64,000 nt of DNA from Anthoceros angustus (lineage: Eukaryota > Plantae > Anthocerotophyta). The stretch lies in assembly GCA_010909165.1 (NCBI GenBank), contig VJWM01000240.1, positions 124,001 through 188,000 on the forward strand, written 5' to 3'. The translations under genes and the position numbers were made by a program. The notes beneath the pieces are model-generated. The model was not told the origin of the DNA, did no database searches, and was given only the letters and a program-made list of their open reading frames with translations. Position 1 is the first letter of the stretch, and each line of letters starts with the position of its first letter. Positions 22,101 through 32,865 of the stretch are shown here, piece after piece.

Positions 22101-22284
22101 TCACTGACGGCACACTGCCCTGCTCGTCCATGTACAGAAGGGAGTCCATAGCTCTGTCCAGACATCCCTCCTTGCATAATGCCTCGACCTGAGAAGCCTC
22201 CACAGAAGTACTATTCGGCCCTCTGCAAAACACGGCCAAAGGCCTCAAGCCAGACGGTGCATTGCACCACCATTCAATCCGCAT
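19171..22284 (-). CDS. intronless PLS-class PPR protein with E1/E2/E+ and truncated DYW; probable organellar RNA-editing factor
   Basis: About seven P-L-S triplets plus P2-L2-S2 (VVSWNAM, LVSMYAKCGS), E domains, PG box KKPGQSWI, ending at VTEKWAK*. First ATG at 22284. Confidence 0.95.
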   Translation of the reverse strand: MRIEWWCNAPSGLRPLAVFCRGPNSTSVEASQVEALCKEGCLDRAMDSLLYMDEQGSVPSVSMYRNLLHACMKQRALPEAMKVQAHLANHGLEWNRSLSELVVTTLVNCGSIEEGLNVFQKLSTRTVFSWTAIISGYVKAGRCREALSCYEQMQEEGVEPDRFTFVSLLKACSLVEDLEKGRWIHAHARECGLELDTFVGTSLVSMYAKCGSVVDAQGVFDRVWNRNVVSWNAMLAAYVQQNEGESALQVYAKMQLENVSPNARTFVSALRACVICAEKETSSIVNGQVLRLQYLQKGKEIHAQVAGGGFDADVFVGSILVSMYAKCGSLLDAQQVFNQLPHRSVVSWNAMLAACAQQNEAEQGLQMYARMQSEGICPNARTVVSALQMCGILAGEEDAAVIEGQNVKLNSLQKGKEIHAEAVVRRFCSDVFVGNTLVSMYAKCGSMRDAHLVFDSLSARDVVSWNAMLAAYAHEGQGEKALQFYEQMQGEGVKPTSRTFVGALQACESTLAREETALVHGQQKKVKLLHRVKEIHAEAVSRGFETDAFVSSSLVSMYAKSGSFGDARDVFHTLSHRDVVSWTAMLAAHVQQGQAEEALHLYYEMQAEGIDPNVWTLISILQACGSLAENEEGSLQDAPFIKAETLHKAKDIHATTVQLGYGSDMLVCNCLVTIYARCGSLNDAQRVFDELSTREIASWNAMITAYSQHGQGDRVWEMYAQMCSEGVKADETTFVVMLEACSCTGALDVCIHIHQEVARSEFNNSLFVANTLVHAYGKCGSMVDAQNVFDSLHQPDVVSWTALLSGYARHGDCRRSMQCFKDMCLAGVTPDKITFMALLSACSNAGMMNEGLEYFEAMSRDHKISAEVEHYVCVIDLVARAGLFRKAEDLLSSMPMQPTLPVWLCLLGACQKHGNVVLARRAFDCAMSIETEQAAPYVLMANIYQNAGMWDQAREVHELRQRAGAWKKPGQSWIKHEQQLHTFLVRGQRQDEVRLTGLLEALRLELKEAGYASISDSAHGNIPEEAEALSVTEKWAK

Positions 22285-22642
22285 GACTGGTGGCTTGAGC
22301 TCTAAACCGTGCAAATTTCACTCGTCGCTCTCCTCAGATGGCCGGTCGGGCCGACCGGCCCAGCCTCCGGGCCTCCCTTGGCGTTTGGAGGCCACCGACC
22401 CGAGCTCGCGGTCCAGCTCGGCTCGGCTCCAGGTCGGCACAAACAAAAACATAAACTACGAAGATTGTAAGCCACGTTACTACCTAGACATTAAACTGAG
22501 CTTATTTAAATAGAATGTCTACTTATCTCCACCTCCCCGTCTCCCTTGAGCTTTCTCCTGCCAGTCGTCTTCCCCTTCGCTTCTTGCCTGCTCTCCTTCG
22601 CCTCCTCGCCTGCCCTTCCTGTTGTCCACCCAGACGTTCGCC
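22285..22642. promoter_or_regulatory. short divergent promoter region between the PPR and 2OG-dioxygenase genes
   Basis: ~360 bp between opposing ATGs; palindrome ggccggtcgg-g-ccgaccggcc at 22340-22360; TATTTAAATA at ~22503. Confidence 0.5.
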
Positions 22643-23605
22643 ATGGCTGCCTGCATCGATGTCAGCCCTCCTACCAACCCTTCTCTTCGCAGCGCAATCG
22701 ACTCAGTCAAGCCAACCCTGTCCGAGCTGTTGAGCCCGGCCGTCGTCTTCCTCCAACCCGAAGTTCCAGCTCCCTTTTCTGCCATAGGAAAGCTGTTTGA
22801 TTATCTGCGTTCCTCGCCGGAGGATGCTGCATCCCTCAACGCCAGCTACCCTGCTCGCGGCGTCTACAAAACAGCCGCGTCCAATAATCCTATTTGCGAC
22901 CAGAAGCTTACTATTGATCTTTCCGCTAGCCGCATATCCCGCATCCCCGCCGCTCTGCGCTCAAGCCTGGCCAGCCATGGCCTCGAGGAGATCCTCGCCT
23001 TTTTCCAGGCAACTGCTGCCAAGTTTGTTCCCAATGTTATCTCTGCCCTGAGCGTTGTGGCCGGCGGAGACCTGGCTGCCTTGCACAAGTCGCAGAACCT
23101 CAACTTCCGACTCTGTGATTACACTCCTGCCACTGCTGCCCCCGCGAGCTCCAAGGGATGCGGGGAGCACACAGACTACGGCACATTCGCCATCATTTTC
23201 CAGGACGGGCAGGCGGGGCTGGAGGCCGAGGCTCCGGATGCGCCAGGCACCTGGGTGCCGATTTCCGGAGATGTCACAGTTCTTCTGTGCGGCTGGTGCG
23301 GGCTCATCCTCAGCGGCGGGCGTATTTGCGCAGTGAGGCACCGCGTGCGGCGTGTGCCGGGAGTTCGTCGGCTATCTGCGGTCCTGTTTGTTGCGCCAGA
23401 TGTCGACGTTGTGCTGAAGCCGGTGAAGGTTGATGAGGGAGGCAGGGCGTTCTCGGACGAAGTGATGGCCGGGGAGGTGACCGTGGAGTGGTTCAAGGAG
23501 GTCATGGGGAGGTCATGGCGCTTCAGGGAGGGCAACGGGACCTTGGAGGAAGGAGAGGTGGAGATCAGCCAGGATCAGCGTATTGAGAAGCTCGTTTGGG
23601 CTTGA
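22643..23605 (+). CDS. 2-oxoglutarate/Fe(II)-dependent dioxygenase, intronless
   Basis: Metal triad H-T-D (GEHTDYG) and H (VRHRV); 2OG-binding R-x-S (RRLSAVLF). Confidence 0.9.
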   Translation: MAACIDVSPPTNPSLRSAIDSVKPTLSELLSPAVVFLQPEVPAPFSAIGKLFDYLRSSPEDAASLNASYPARGVYKTAASNNPICDQKLTIDLSASRISRIPAALRSSLASHGLEEILAFFQATAAKFVPNVISALSVVAGGDLAALHKSQNLNFRLCDYTPATAAPASSKGCGEHTDYGTFAIIFQDGQAGLEAEAPDAPGTWVPISGDVTVLLCGWCGLILSGGRICAVRHRVRRVPGVRRLSAVLFVAPDVDVVLKPVKVDEGGRAFSDEVMAGEVTVEWFKEVMGRSWRFREGNGTLEEGEVEISQDQRIEKLVWA

Positions 23606-24593
23606 AGGTGCAGAGCGTGCTACGAGAGAGAAAGATCAGCTGTGAAGACAATGTTCATGCTCAATTTCCGACCCCTGTGCATATGTATCTGGATTTCTCC
23701 AGACTTCAAGTGATGCTGCGGGCAAGGTGTGCATGTAGGCAAATTGCTAAAAAAGAAAGGAGTGCATGCAGGCGTGATTCTTTTTGGAGTACTTGGGGAG
23801 ACTCACCATCACACGGTTTCCAAGAATCACGAGGCCGGACCGTAGCTGATCAATAAGCTTGTGTTTGTTTCTAGCAAGTTTCAGAATTCTCTTTTTTGTG
23901 AGACCTTTAGTCTGTCACAGCTAGCTTTGCAGTTCCTGTGCAGTGGCTGAGGATGTGCTCTCAGCAGTATGTAGATATCAGAGCATCGGCGAGGCGAGCC
24001 CTCTCCTTAGACTCCAGAGACGTGACTGCCAGGAAAGTGGGTTGCCACTTGCTAGCTAGTGCTGTTTGATACTAGATAGTGGACGACGGATCGTGAACAT
24101 TCAAGCGCATCATGCGCAAGCGTGCTGTTATTCGCTCGCAGACATTGCTTGTAAATGAAAGCAGTTCTGCACTTGGGGCCCGTGAAGTCGGAAGAGAGGT
24201 ATACTTGCAGATAGGAATCCATGGATGCATCGCACAGTACGGCAGACCTGTCAGGAGTGCTCTTGGACATGCATGCCGAAATAGAATCGAGGATATGCAC
24301 CGCTAAATGCAGAACACGGCTCCAGAGGGCGAGATCCGAGACCATCGGATGAGGGGCTACTTTTGCTCTTTTTTTTCACTTAATAAAAAAGGTGGTCTCA
24401 CCAGAGAATGAATCGCAAGACAGTTCATGATCTCACTGTCAAACTTGGGTACGAGTCGAATGCGTATTGTATTTGGGGAGCGCTACCTTCCCATGTATGC
24501 ATGTGGAGGTAAGCTAGATGGCAAACCAGATGCCATTCATGTGGTTTCTCATAATCTCCGCAAGCACTATGATGGATACCAAAGGAGGCCATA

Positions 24594-25680
24594 GTGCCGT
24601 ACCATGAGATAAATGAGCTAGAGTTGGAACCTGCACAACTTACTCGTACCTTCGGGTGGGCGTCAATCTTTAGTTTCGACTTAGAGGATAATCTACGTGT
24701 GAAGATAGAATATTTTCGAAGTCTTGAAATTCCCATGGACGTCGGAGAAAGGTGTCCCCTAGCTACCATTTTCGAAGTCTTGGAATTCTCATGGACGAGA
24801 GTGAAAGATGACCCGTAGCTACCCCTCGTACCTTCTCCCCAATGCTGTCATTCATGGGGTCTGCTGTGTCGCACGAGGTAAGCACTTGAATTTATATAAG
24901 CACTTCCTCGACCAACAACTAAGCAAACAAATCTAATACGCAGATATATAGGTACAACCAATAACAACAGTAGTCGCGACGCGCACAAACACACCTCCCA
25001 CAAGAACAACACGCAAATTCCTCACACATCGCCTCCTGAGTCGTAGCTTTGGCCTCCTCACAACACCCTTGCATTGTATATCTAGAGGACAAGCTATGAT
25101 CCGAGCTGTCCTCAATGGAAGGGTCTATATACTAGCCTCGCATCGGCATATTCCTAAGATATCCAATCGTACTCAGATATGGAAATATCCTAAGAATACA
25201 CTATAATATGCAAGGAATATGCCAAAGCATATTACTTGAGCTTATCCACTTAGCTATTGTATCCTAAGAATACACTATAATATGCAAGGAATATTCCAAA
25301 GCATATTACTTGAGTTTATCCACTTAGCTATTGCTAACTATGTTTAATTAACACTAATCAATGCTTAATTAACATAAGCACCTTAGATTAATTAACACTA
25401 ATTACTTACTTAAAGATAAGTAATTAGATTAATTAATGCTAATCAAACACTAAACCCAAGTGCAAAGATTAGTATCACACGGCATGACAGTTGCTTCGTC
25501 GGCAGGATGATTGTTGTGTACCCGTGTATCTACGAGCATAGTATGGAGGAGTGCATCAAGCTAAAGGTGGACTATCTATTAGCAGCGTTGGTTCATTTCC
25601 TTTAGCACATGAGCTTGAGCCTATCTTCATGAATACAACCAAGATACGAGTATGTGGTGGCCAATTCAATGCGTCTCTCG
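24594..25680 (+). pseudogene. mTERF fragment (copy A), interrupted by a solo LTR
   Basis: IFSFDLEDNLRVKIEYFRSLEIP and YPCIYEHSMEECIKLKVDYL..IQPRY match mTERF repeat motifs. Confidence 0.65.
24867..25489. mobile_element. solo LTR-like insertion, 623 bp
   Basis: TGTC...GACA termini, flanks gctg/gttg, absent from the paralogous site at ~31320 (single gctg); contains an internal ~74-bp tandem duplication. Confidence 0.7.
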
Positions 25681-27463
25681 TACTTCCTTTCCTACTCGGA
25701 AGAAATGTTCAAGTTGTCTAAATCGAGCTTGTAATCTCTTTCCTGCTCGGAAGAAATGTTCAAGTTCTCTATATCGAGTTGCCAAATCTAAGACAACAAA
25801 GGAGGATGGTGTGAAACTAAAGACCGGCATATCAACAACATTGAAATAAAATAGTCTTTGTCTTTGCAAAAAATTAATAGTTTTTAATTGTCTTTGCACA
25901 AAAATTTGTAGTCTCGATGAGTAACGCATGTGGATGTGCTCCGCCTGGCTTGATGAGAAAAAAAGCATACCATATCAAAAATATATATATGATTAATTAA
26001 AAATACTAAAATATTAAAATAGTATGGAGTAATAAATAATTTAAAATCTTTAAAATATATCTATGGATACAGTATTGTTAAAGCTGCTCACACTTAACAG
26101 AGTAAGCTGCTCACACTTAACAAAGTCGTCACTCAGTTCCACACTCATGTTCACACGACCGTTAGTGCCTACCTAGAGACATTCATATTCGATGCACATG
26201 CTCTTACTCAGGTGTAGTAAATGGCCTGTAAATGATGCATCTCAAACATGTGGGCTTGATGAATGTGCTATCCGTATATGGTGACTCAATATAAAAGGAC
26301 ATTCCTCACATATGTAAATATGGGCTATTCTATAGTCAATCACTCAGGCATATAGTACAGTTTCTCACAGCGTCATGGGCTATGCTACAGCTGCACACAG
26401 TAAGAGACCAAAACAAGCATCAGCATCCTCCACATTAGCTGGCCCTGCACACACAATCGAGAGCTGTTCTATGATTGCTGAGGGAGGACATTGGTACCAA
26501 TCACCAGAGGGGTGGCTAGAAGGCTGAGACAGTGGCCTAAGGAAACAAGCGCTTGGCTTGCTCCTGTATGGATTGCCATTGCATACTGAATAGAAAACTA
26601 ATATATAGGGGTGATGGAGGCATCTCCTCACATGCCTATGTTATGGCTACTGCCTTGTAAGTTGTAAAAGTCCACACTTCCCCTAGTTGGCACACAATCC
26701 CCTTGATGCCCGGCTTTGTATGCTTGAACATTCATGGCTTACCCAGGCTCCAAGAAATGTGCAAGGAACCCTGTCCCAACAGTAGATGAGGATACATTTT
26801 AGAAGAGCTTCCAAGCCAGAATTGGAAGGATCCAAGCTAGGACCAGAATACTACTTAGATTGATTCTTATGTACCTACCACTTTCACTTCTATACCCGCT
26901 ATCGTAGGACATATAATAAATATATAAAGACTAAGATATACGATATTACATAACATGATAATAATCATGGAAGGGCAAAGATGAACTAAAGTAGAAAAAG
27001 CTAGAGATATTTTTTTAGATGTTCTTAAGACATGTTTAGATATTTTTGTCAAATTGAAGACTCCTCGCTCAACAATCATTTGGTTATAGAGTTATTCTAT
27101 CTCCTTATTTTCAAGAACCTTCTCTGTAGGATATGATTTTCATGATTCTAAATCAAGGTATCCTTATTATAACGTCATTTGCAGCTTGAAAGAAAATTTA
27201 TATAATGCAGGTTTTGTCATGGCCTCCCAATTTTTTCTTTGTGTAACCACATTTTGTCATATCCTTCTAAGTTTTTCTTTGTGTATAACCTCTTCTTTAT
27301 CATATCCTTTTAATTTTATCTTTGTGTAACCTCGTTTTTGTCATATTCATTTACATTTCCTCATGAAAGATTTCTCGAGTTGCTCTAGAGTTCTCACTGT
27401 CCAATTTTGATCTTGTTGTGTTGCTGCCCCATTCCGTTGATGTAGCTCTAAAGTTGTTGCTAC

Positions 27464-28201
27464 CTAATTCTTTTGTTGTAGCGGTGTAAATGCTGCTGCA
27501 AAATTTTGGTCTAAGGCAGGTGTTGGTGCCCAAATCTCTTGTGATGCAACTATAGTCGGTCTACATTGTTCTGATGCAGCTATTGTTGCCAAGATTTGTT
27601 TTGATATCGATGCAGCTTCTTCTGCCCAATGCAATTCCTTTAGCCATGCATTATTTGCCATTTGTTGTTCCAATGTCGCAAGATTTGCCCATACCTGTTC
27701 TTGTCGCCATGCACCATCTGCCCTTAGTTGTTTCAATTCCGCATCGTCTGCCAATACCTGTTGATATTGCGATAAATCGTTTGCCGTTTGTTGTTGCAAT
27801 GCCGCCTTATTTGCCCAGATCTGTTGCTGTTGCAATGCAGCGCGTTGTTGTTCCTGTAGTGATGCAATATATGCCCAATTTTGTTCTAGTACAGCAGTTG
27901 CTACAAAATTATATTCTGATGTGGCTATTGCTGCCAAATTCTGTATAGATGCAACCTTTGCATTGGGGATGACCATATTTTGGAAATAAGGTTGTAACGA
28001 ATCCATACTAGCTCCAGATAAGTCCAAATTTTCCATATCACTGGATAAATCTACATTTTCTATAGCAGTGGAAAAATATGGCCTCGTGTCCCTCAGGTAA
28101 GCACTTTCAAAATAAGGCTTCATATTTTCCGGGGAACTAGATGACTCGTTATCATGGATACAACCTTCGGCTAGTATAGTACTAGGGCTGTCCACTTGCA
28201 T
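27464..28201 (-). CDS. Gln/Ala-rich repeat ORF, shorter copy
   Basis: 245-aa ORF sharing KPYFESAYLR.TRPYFS.A.EN.DL and the QQ.WA repeats with 32866-34320. Confidence 0.4.
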   Translation of the reverse strand: MQVDSPSTILAEGCIHDNESSSSPENMKPYFESAYLRDTRPYFSTAIENVDLSSDMENLDLSGASMDSLQPYFQNMVIPNAKVASIQNLAAIATSEYNFVATAVLEQNWAYIASLQEQQRAALQQQQIWANKAALQQQTANDLSQYQQVLADDAELKQLRADGAWRQEQVWANLATLEQQMANNAWLKELHWAEEAASISKQILATIAASEQCRPTIVASQEIWAPTPALDQNFAAAFTPLQQKN

Positions 28202-29090
28202 ATTAGAAACACCTTAACCCATAAAAGACTTGCCTTCTTGCATAGTAGAGCCACCTTTTTGCAGATTACACATGCCTCCTCCCATAATACCTTTTCGCAA
28301 ATTAGAAACACCCTCTCCCATAGTAGTAGTAGTAGTCTGGCCTTCTTACATAGTAGAGCCACCTTCTCGCAGATTACAAATGCCTCCTCCCATAATACCT
28401 TCTCGCAAATTAGAAACACCGTCTTCTATAGTAGTACTAGTAGAGCGGCCTTCTTGCATAGTAGAGCCACCTCCTCGCATAGTAGAGCCGCGGCATTGCA
28501 TAGTAGAGTCCCCTACCTGCATAGTATAGCCCCCTACTCGCATAGTAGAGCTAATCTTTCTCGAATAGCAATGAGCTACCGTCTTCTATAGTAGTACTAG
28601 TAGAGCGGCCTTCTTGCATAGTAGAGCCACCTCCTCGCATAGTAGAGCCGCGGCATTGCATAGTAGAGTCCCCTACCTGCATAGTATAGCCCCCTACTCG
28701 CATAGTAGAGCTAATCTTTCTCGAATAGTACGTAGCTACCGTCTTCTCACATAGTACAATATCTTTTTTGAATAATAGAGATACCTTCTCCCATAGCAGA
28801 GCCGGAACCTTCTAGCATAGTAGAGCTGGAGCCTTCTAGCGTAGTAGAGCTAGAACCTTCTAGCATAATAGAGCCATAACCTTCTGGCATATAGTAAAGC
28901 TAAAACTTTCTAGGTATATAGTAGAGCGAATTAAATCTTTTGGTATATAGTGGAGCCAAAACATTTTGGCATATTAGTGAGAGAACCTTCTGGCATAGTA
29001 GAGCGAGAACCTTTTGGCATAGTAGTAGAGCCCGAACTTTCTGGCACATAATATAGCCTGAACGTTTTGGCATATAATAGATCCGGAACT
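28195..29090. repeat. degenerate ~21-22-bp array (core catagtagagc), including a ~160-bp tandem duplication
   Basis: Dozens of gcatagtagagc cores; 28418-28570 is repeated at 28578-28728. Confidence 0.85.
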
Positions 29091-29779
29091 TTCAGGCTCG
29101 GGATAGCCCTGGCTTCACTTAATATATCCTCCTCGCATTGCAAAGCCTCCTATCAAATTAAAACCTTTTAATATACTAAATAAGTTTACATATTATTTAC
29201 ATAATACTTTACATATACGACTTACATATTACGCTTGCATATACGTATGACATATATATTATGTTTACATATATGTATAACATACATAATATGTTTATTA
29301 ATTTTTGATTGAATTATTAAAAATTAATTAACCTAATGCATTATTATTTGCTCTATGTATAATAGGTGTAGTGCGAGCATCACAAGCTCTCGTGCATAAG
29401 CCAGCTTAATAATTTGAATAATTTGTTAGTTGCAAGTGAACTAACGAATAATTAGGTTGCCTTTCTTCTCACACACATTTGCCCCTGCTGTCAGCCCTTG
29501 CCACCTTAGCTGCAGCTTCCTACATCATCAACATGGGTCTCATCATGAAAACATGCAAATCTAAGGCTACGGACACACAACTGCAGTTCTGTTGATGTAG
29601 AGCTCTAAAACAGAAGCTGAACCACCTAGCTGATTTACCTCAACTAGTGCACCTCTTCTGAATAGTACCAAAGTACTTCTTGTGGCACTTCTCCAAAGCA
29701 GGCTACAAGCAATGGAAACCACGATTACAATGATCATACAACAGCATGGCCTCTTCATTGTCCACCCTGTTGCAAATTT

Positions 29780-30470
29780 AACATGTGGTCTTGATATCAT
29801 CACCTGGGATCGAGATTAGGAAGGTGGCTTGTGCATTTACCGCCCATTTGGAATCCGGCAAAAAGGTGCAATGTGGTGTGTTGCAGAGTGGCATTCCTCC
29901 TGACTTGCTTGTTGGCACCTGCCTAGTGGACATGGTACGCAAAATGTGGTAAACTAAATGATGCTCGCTAGGTTTTTGACAACATGGCCACAAAGGATGT
30001 GACATCTGACATGATGCTATGCATACCTAGATATCCTTGCTGCGTGCATACCCAGATATTCTTGTTGTGCATACGGGCCAAATATCCTTGCTGTGCGCAT
30101 ACCCAGATATCCTTGTTGTGCGCATACCCAGATATCCTTGCTTTGCGCATACCCACATATCCTTGCTTTGCGCATACCCAGATATCCTTGCTGTGCATAC
30201 GGGCCAGATATCCTAGCATACCCGGATGTCCTTGCTGTGTCTGGGTATGCACAATAAGAGGCGCTTGTTTTGTATGGGCAAATGGAGCAAGAGGTCCTTA
30301 TTTTGGTTGACAACATTACTTTTGCTTGCCTTCTGACGGCCTCTACAAGCACTAGTGTCTCACAAAGGGACAAGCACAGATTGTTGAAAGATGATTGGTG
30401 GATATGTATGCAAATTGTGGTGAACTGAAAGATGCATGCGAGGTTTTTGAAAGCTTGACTAGAAAGCACG
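29780..30470 (+). pseudogene. PLS-PPR fragments
   Basis: Frameshifted DLLVGTCLVDM..KCG, VSGYAQ*, ITFACLL and DMYANCGELKDACEVF motifs. Confidence 0.75.
30018..30238. repeat. ~25-bp minisatellite formed from an inverted PPR motif segment
   Basis: About 9 units of gcatacccagatatccttgct(g/t)tgc; the reverse complement encodes ISGYAQQG. Confidence 0.85.
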
Positions 30471-30479
30471 TTTCTCGTG

Positions 30480-30522
30480 TTTCTCGCCGGAGGATGCCGT
30501 GGCACTCAACGCTAGCTATCTT
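30480..30522 (+). pseudogene. short fragment of the 2OG-dioxygenase gene
   Basis: ctcgccggaggatgccgtggcactcaacgctagcta vs ctcgccggaggatgctgcatccctcaacgccagcta at ~22814. Confidence 0.75.
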
Positions 30523-30719
30523 GTTAGAGAACTATAGTTGAGGGCGCCAAGATGTGAGAGTCGAGACCTATGACGTCATCTGGCTCTGGGGCGAAGAAAA
30601 AGGTGGTCTCACGCAGAATGAATTGCGAGACGAGTTCATGATCTCAGGGTACGAGTCGAACTTGGGTAAGAGTCGAATGCATACTTGGGGAACCCTACCT
30701 TCCCATGTATGGATGCATA

Positions 30720-31480
30720 CATGGGAAGGTAGGCCAGAGGAAGCCATGGATGTGCTCATGAGGGTGGGCATGCAACTAGATGCCTCCATGTGGTTTCTCA
30801 TGATCTCCACATCCGCTAAGCATGGATACCTGAAGAAGGCCATACAAACCAGATGCTTTCATGTGGTTTCTCATGATCTTCGCATCCGCTAAGTGTGGAT
30901 ACTTGAAGGAGGCCATACAAACCAGATGCTTTCATGTGGTTTCTCATGATCTTCGCATCCACTAAGCGTGGATACTTGAAGGAGGCCATACAGCTGTACC
31001 TTGAGATAAATGAGCTAGAGTTGGAACCTACACAACTTAGTCAGGTCAGATGGGCAGTTAATCTTAGTTGAGAATAATCTATGCATGAAAATAAAATATT
31101 TTTGAAGTCTTAGAATTTCCAAGGACGACACCGAAAGGTGTGGTGAAGTGTCTTTGCCTTCGGTCAAAGGTGTGGTGAAGTGTCTTTGCCTGCTGTCAGA
31201 GGTGTGGTGATTCAGAAGTGTCTTTGCCTTCTGTCAGAGGTGTGGTGAAGTGTCTTTGCCTTCTATCCCCTAGCTCTATCTATGTAATATTCTTTCCAAT
31301 ATTGTCATTGATGGGGTTTGCTGCTTAATCAGATGATTGCTCTGGACCCGCGTATCTATGGTCTTAGTATGGAGCAGTGCATCAAGCCAAAGGTGGACTA
31401 TCTATTTAGAGCAGTGAAGCCATGAGCTACAGCCTATCATCGCGGATACAACCAAGATACGAGCATACAATGGCCAATTC
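30720..31480 (+). pseudogene. P-type PPR fragment followed by mTERF fragment (copy B)
   Basis: GRPEEAMDVLMRVGMQLDASMWFLMISTSAKHGYLKKAI, then DPRIYGLSMEQCIKPKVDYLF..MSYSLSSRIQPRY. Confidence 0.7.
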
Positions 31481-32865
31481 AATACGTTTTGACAGCCTCT
31501 AGTACTTCCTTTCCTGCTCGGAAGAAATGTTCAAGTTATCAAAATTGAGTTGCCAAATCTAAGGCAACAAAGGAGGATGGTGTGAAACGTTTCTCGCAAA
31601 AAAACTATTTTATCATTAATTAACTATAATAATTTATAAAATTAAATAAATATTTATCTTAGGTTTCCATTAAATTGGAGGAAAAGAGAAGGAAATGACG
31701 GTGTGGAACTGAAGACCGACGGATCAAAAATATTAAAATAGAAGAGTCTTTGTCTTTGCACAAAAAATAATAGCATGGGTAGGTAACGTATGTGGATGTG
31801 CTCAATCTTTGTCTTTGCACGTAGTCTGGTGGATGATTGTATGTGGATCTGCTCTGCCTGGCTTGATGAGAAAAAATGCACACATGAAAAGAAAAAAAAT
31901 AGAATATTTTTTATTGAAAATATTTCAAATACTTTGGAGTAATAAAAGTTCTGAAATCGTCAAAACAAATCATATCTAGATACAATATCAATCTACATAA
32001 GACAAGGCTAGATATAAAAGAGCTTCCAAGCTAGGACCAGAAGATTTCAGAAGAGCTTCCAAGCTACGATCAGAAGACTGGAAGGAATCATGAAAGAAGT
32101 TTATATAGATCGATTCTGATCTACTAGTTTCATTGCTACACCTCCTATCATAGGACATATAATAACTATCTAGGGTCTAAGATATATAATATTACATAAT
32201 TTAACTATGGAAGGGAAAATTTTTACAATAATACAGGACATGATAATAACTATGGACGGGTAAATATTTATGATAATACAAGACATGATAATAACTATGG
32301 AAGGGTAAATATTCTTGATAATACATGATATGATAATAACCATGGAAGGACAAAGATCCAATGGAGGAGGATAAACGAGAGATCCATGCTTAGATATGTA
32401 TTTTAAATTCTTATAACTCCTCGTTCAATAATCTTTTGGTTATAGAGTCATCTTATATATCTTCTTAGTTTCAAGAACCTTCTGTGTAGGATATAATTAT
32501 CTCCTTATTTTCAAGAACCTTCTGTATAGGATATAATTATCTCCTTATTTTCAAGAACCTTCTGTGTAGGATATAATTATCTTCTTATTTTCAAGAACCT
32601 TCTTTGTAGGATATGATTATCTCCTTCTTTTTAAGGACCTTTTACGTAGTATATGATTTTCATGATTCTAGAACAAGGTGTCCTTACTGTAACGTCGTTT
32701 GCAGCTTGAAAGAAGTTTGTATAACCTAGTTTTTCTTATATTCTTCAAGTTTTCCTTTGTGAACCATGTTTTCGTCATATCCTTCTAAGTTTTCCTTTGT
32801 GTTAACACGTTTTCATCATATCCTTGTAAGTCTTCTTGTGTGTGACCTCGTTTTTGTTATATCCT

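Noticed and set aside
22643-23605. Contaminant origin of the dioxygenase
   Set aside because: It is contiguous with a plant PPR gene and has decayed local copies at 30.5 and 35.4 kb.
26080-26800. Segment unique to block copy A with coding-like stretches
   Set aside because: No motif or element termini could be identified.
28195-29090. CRISPR-like look of catagtagagc cores with variable linkers
   Set aside because: Period is ~21 bp, the linkers are related to each other, there are no cas genes, and the context is eukaryotic.
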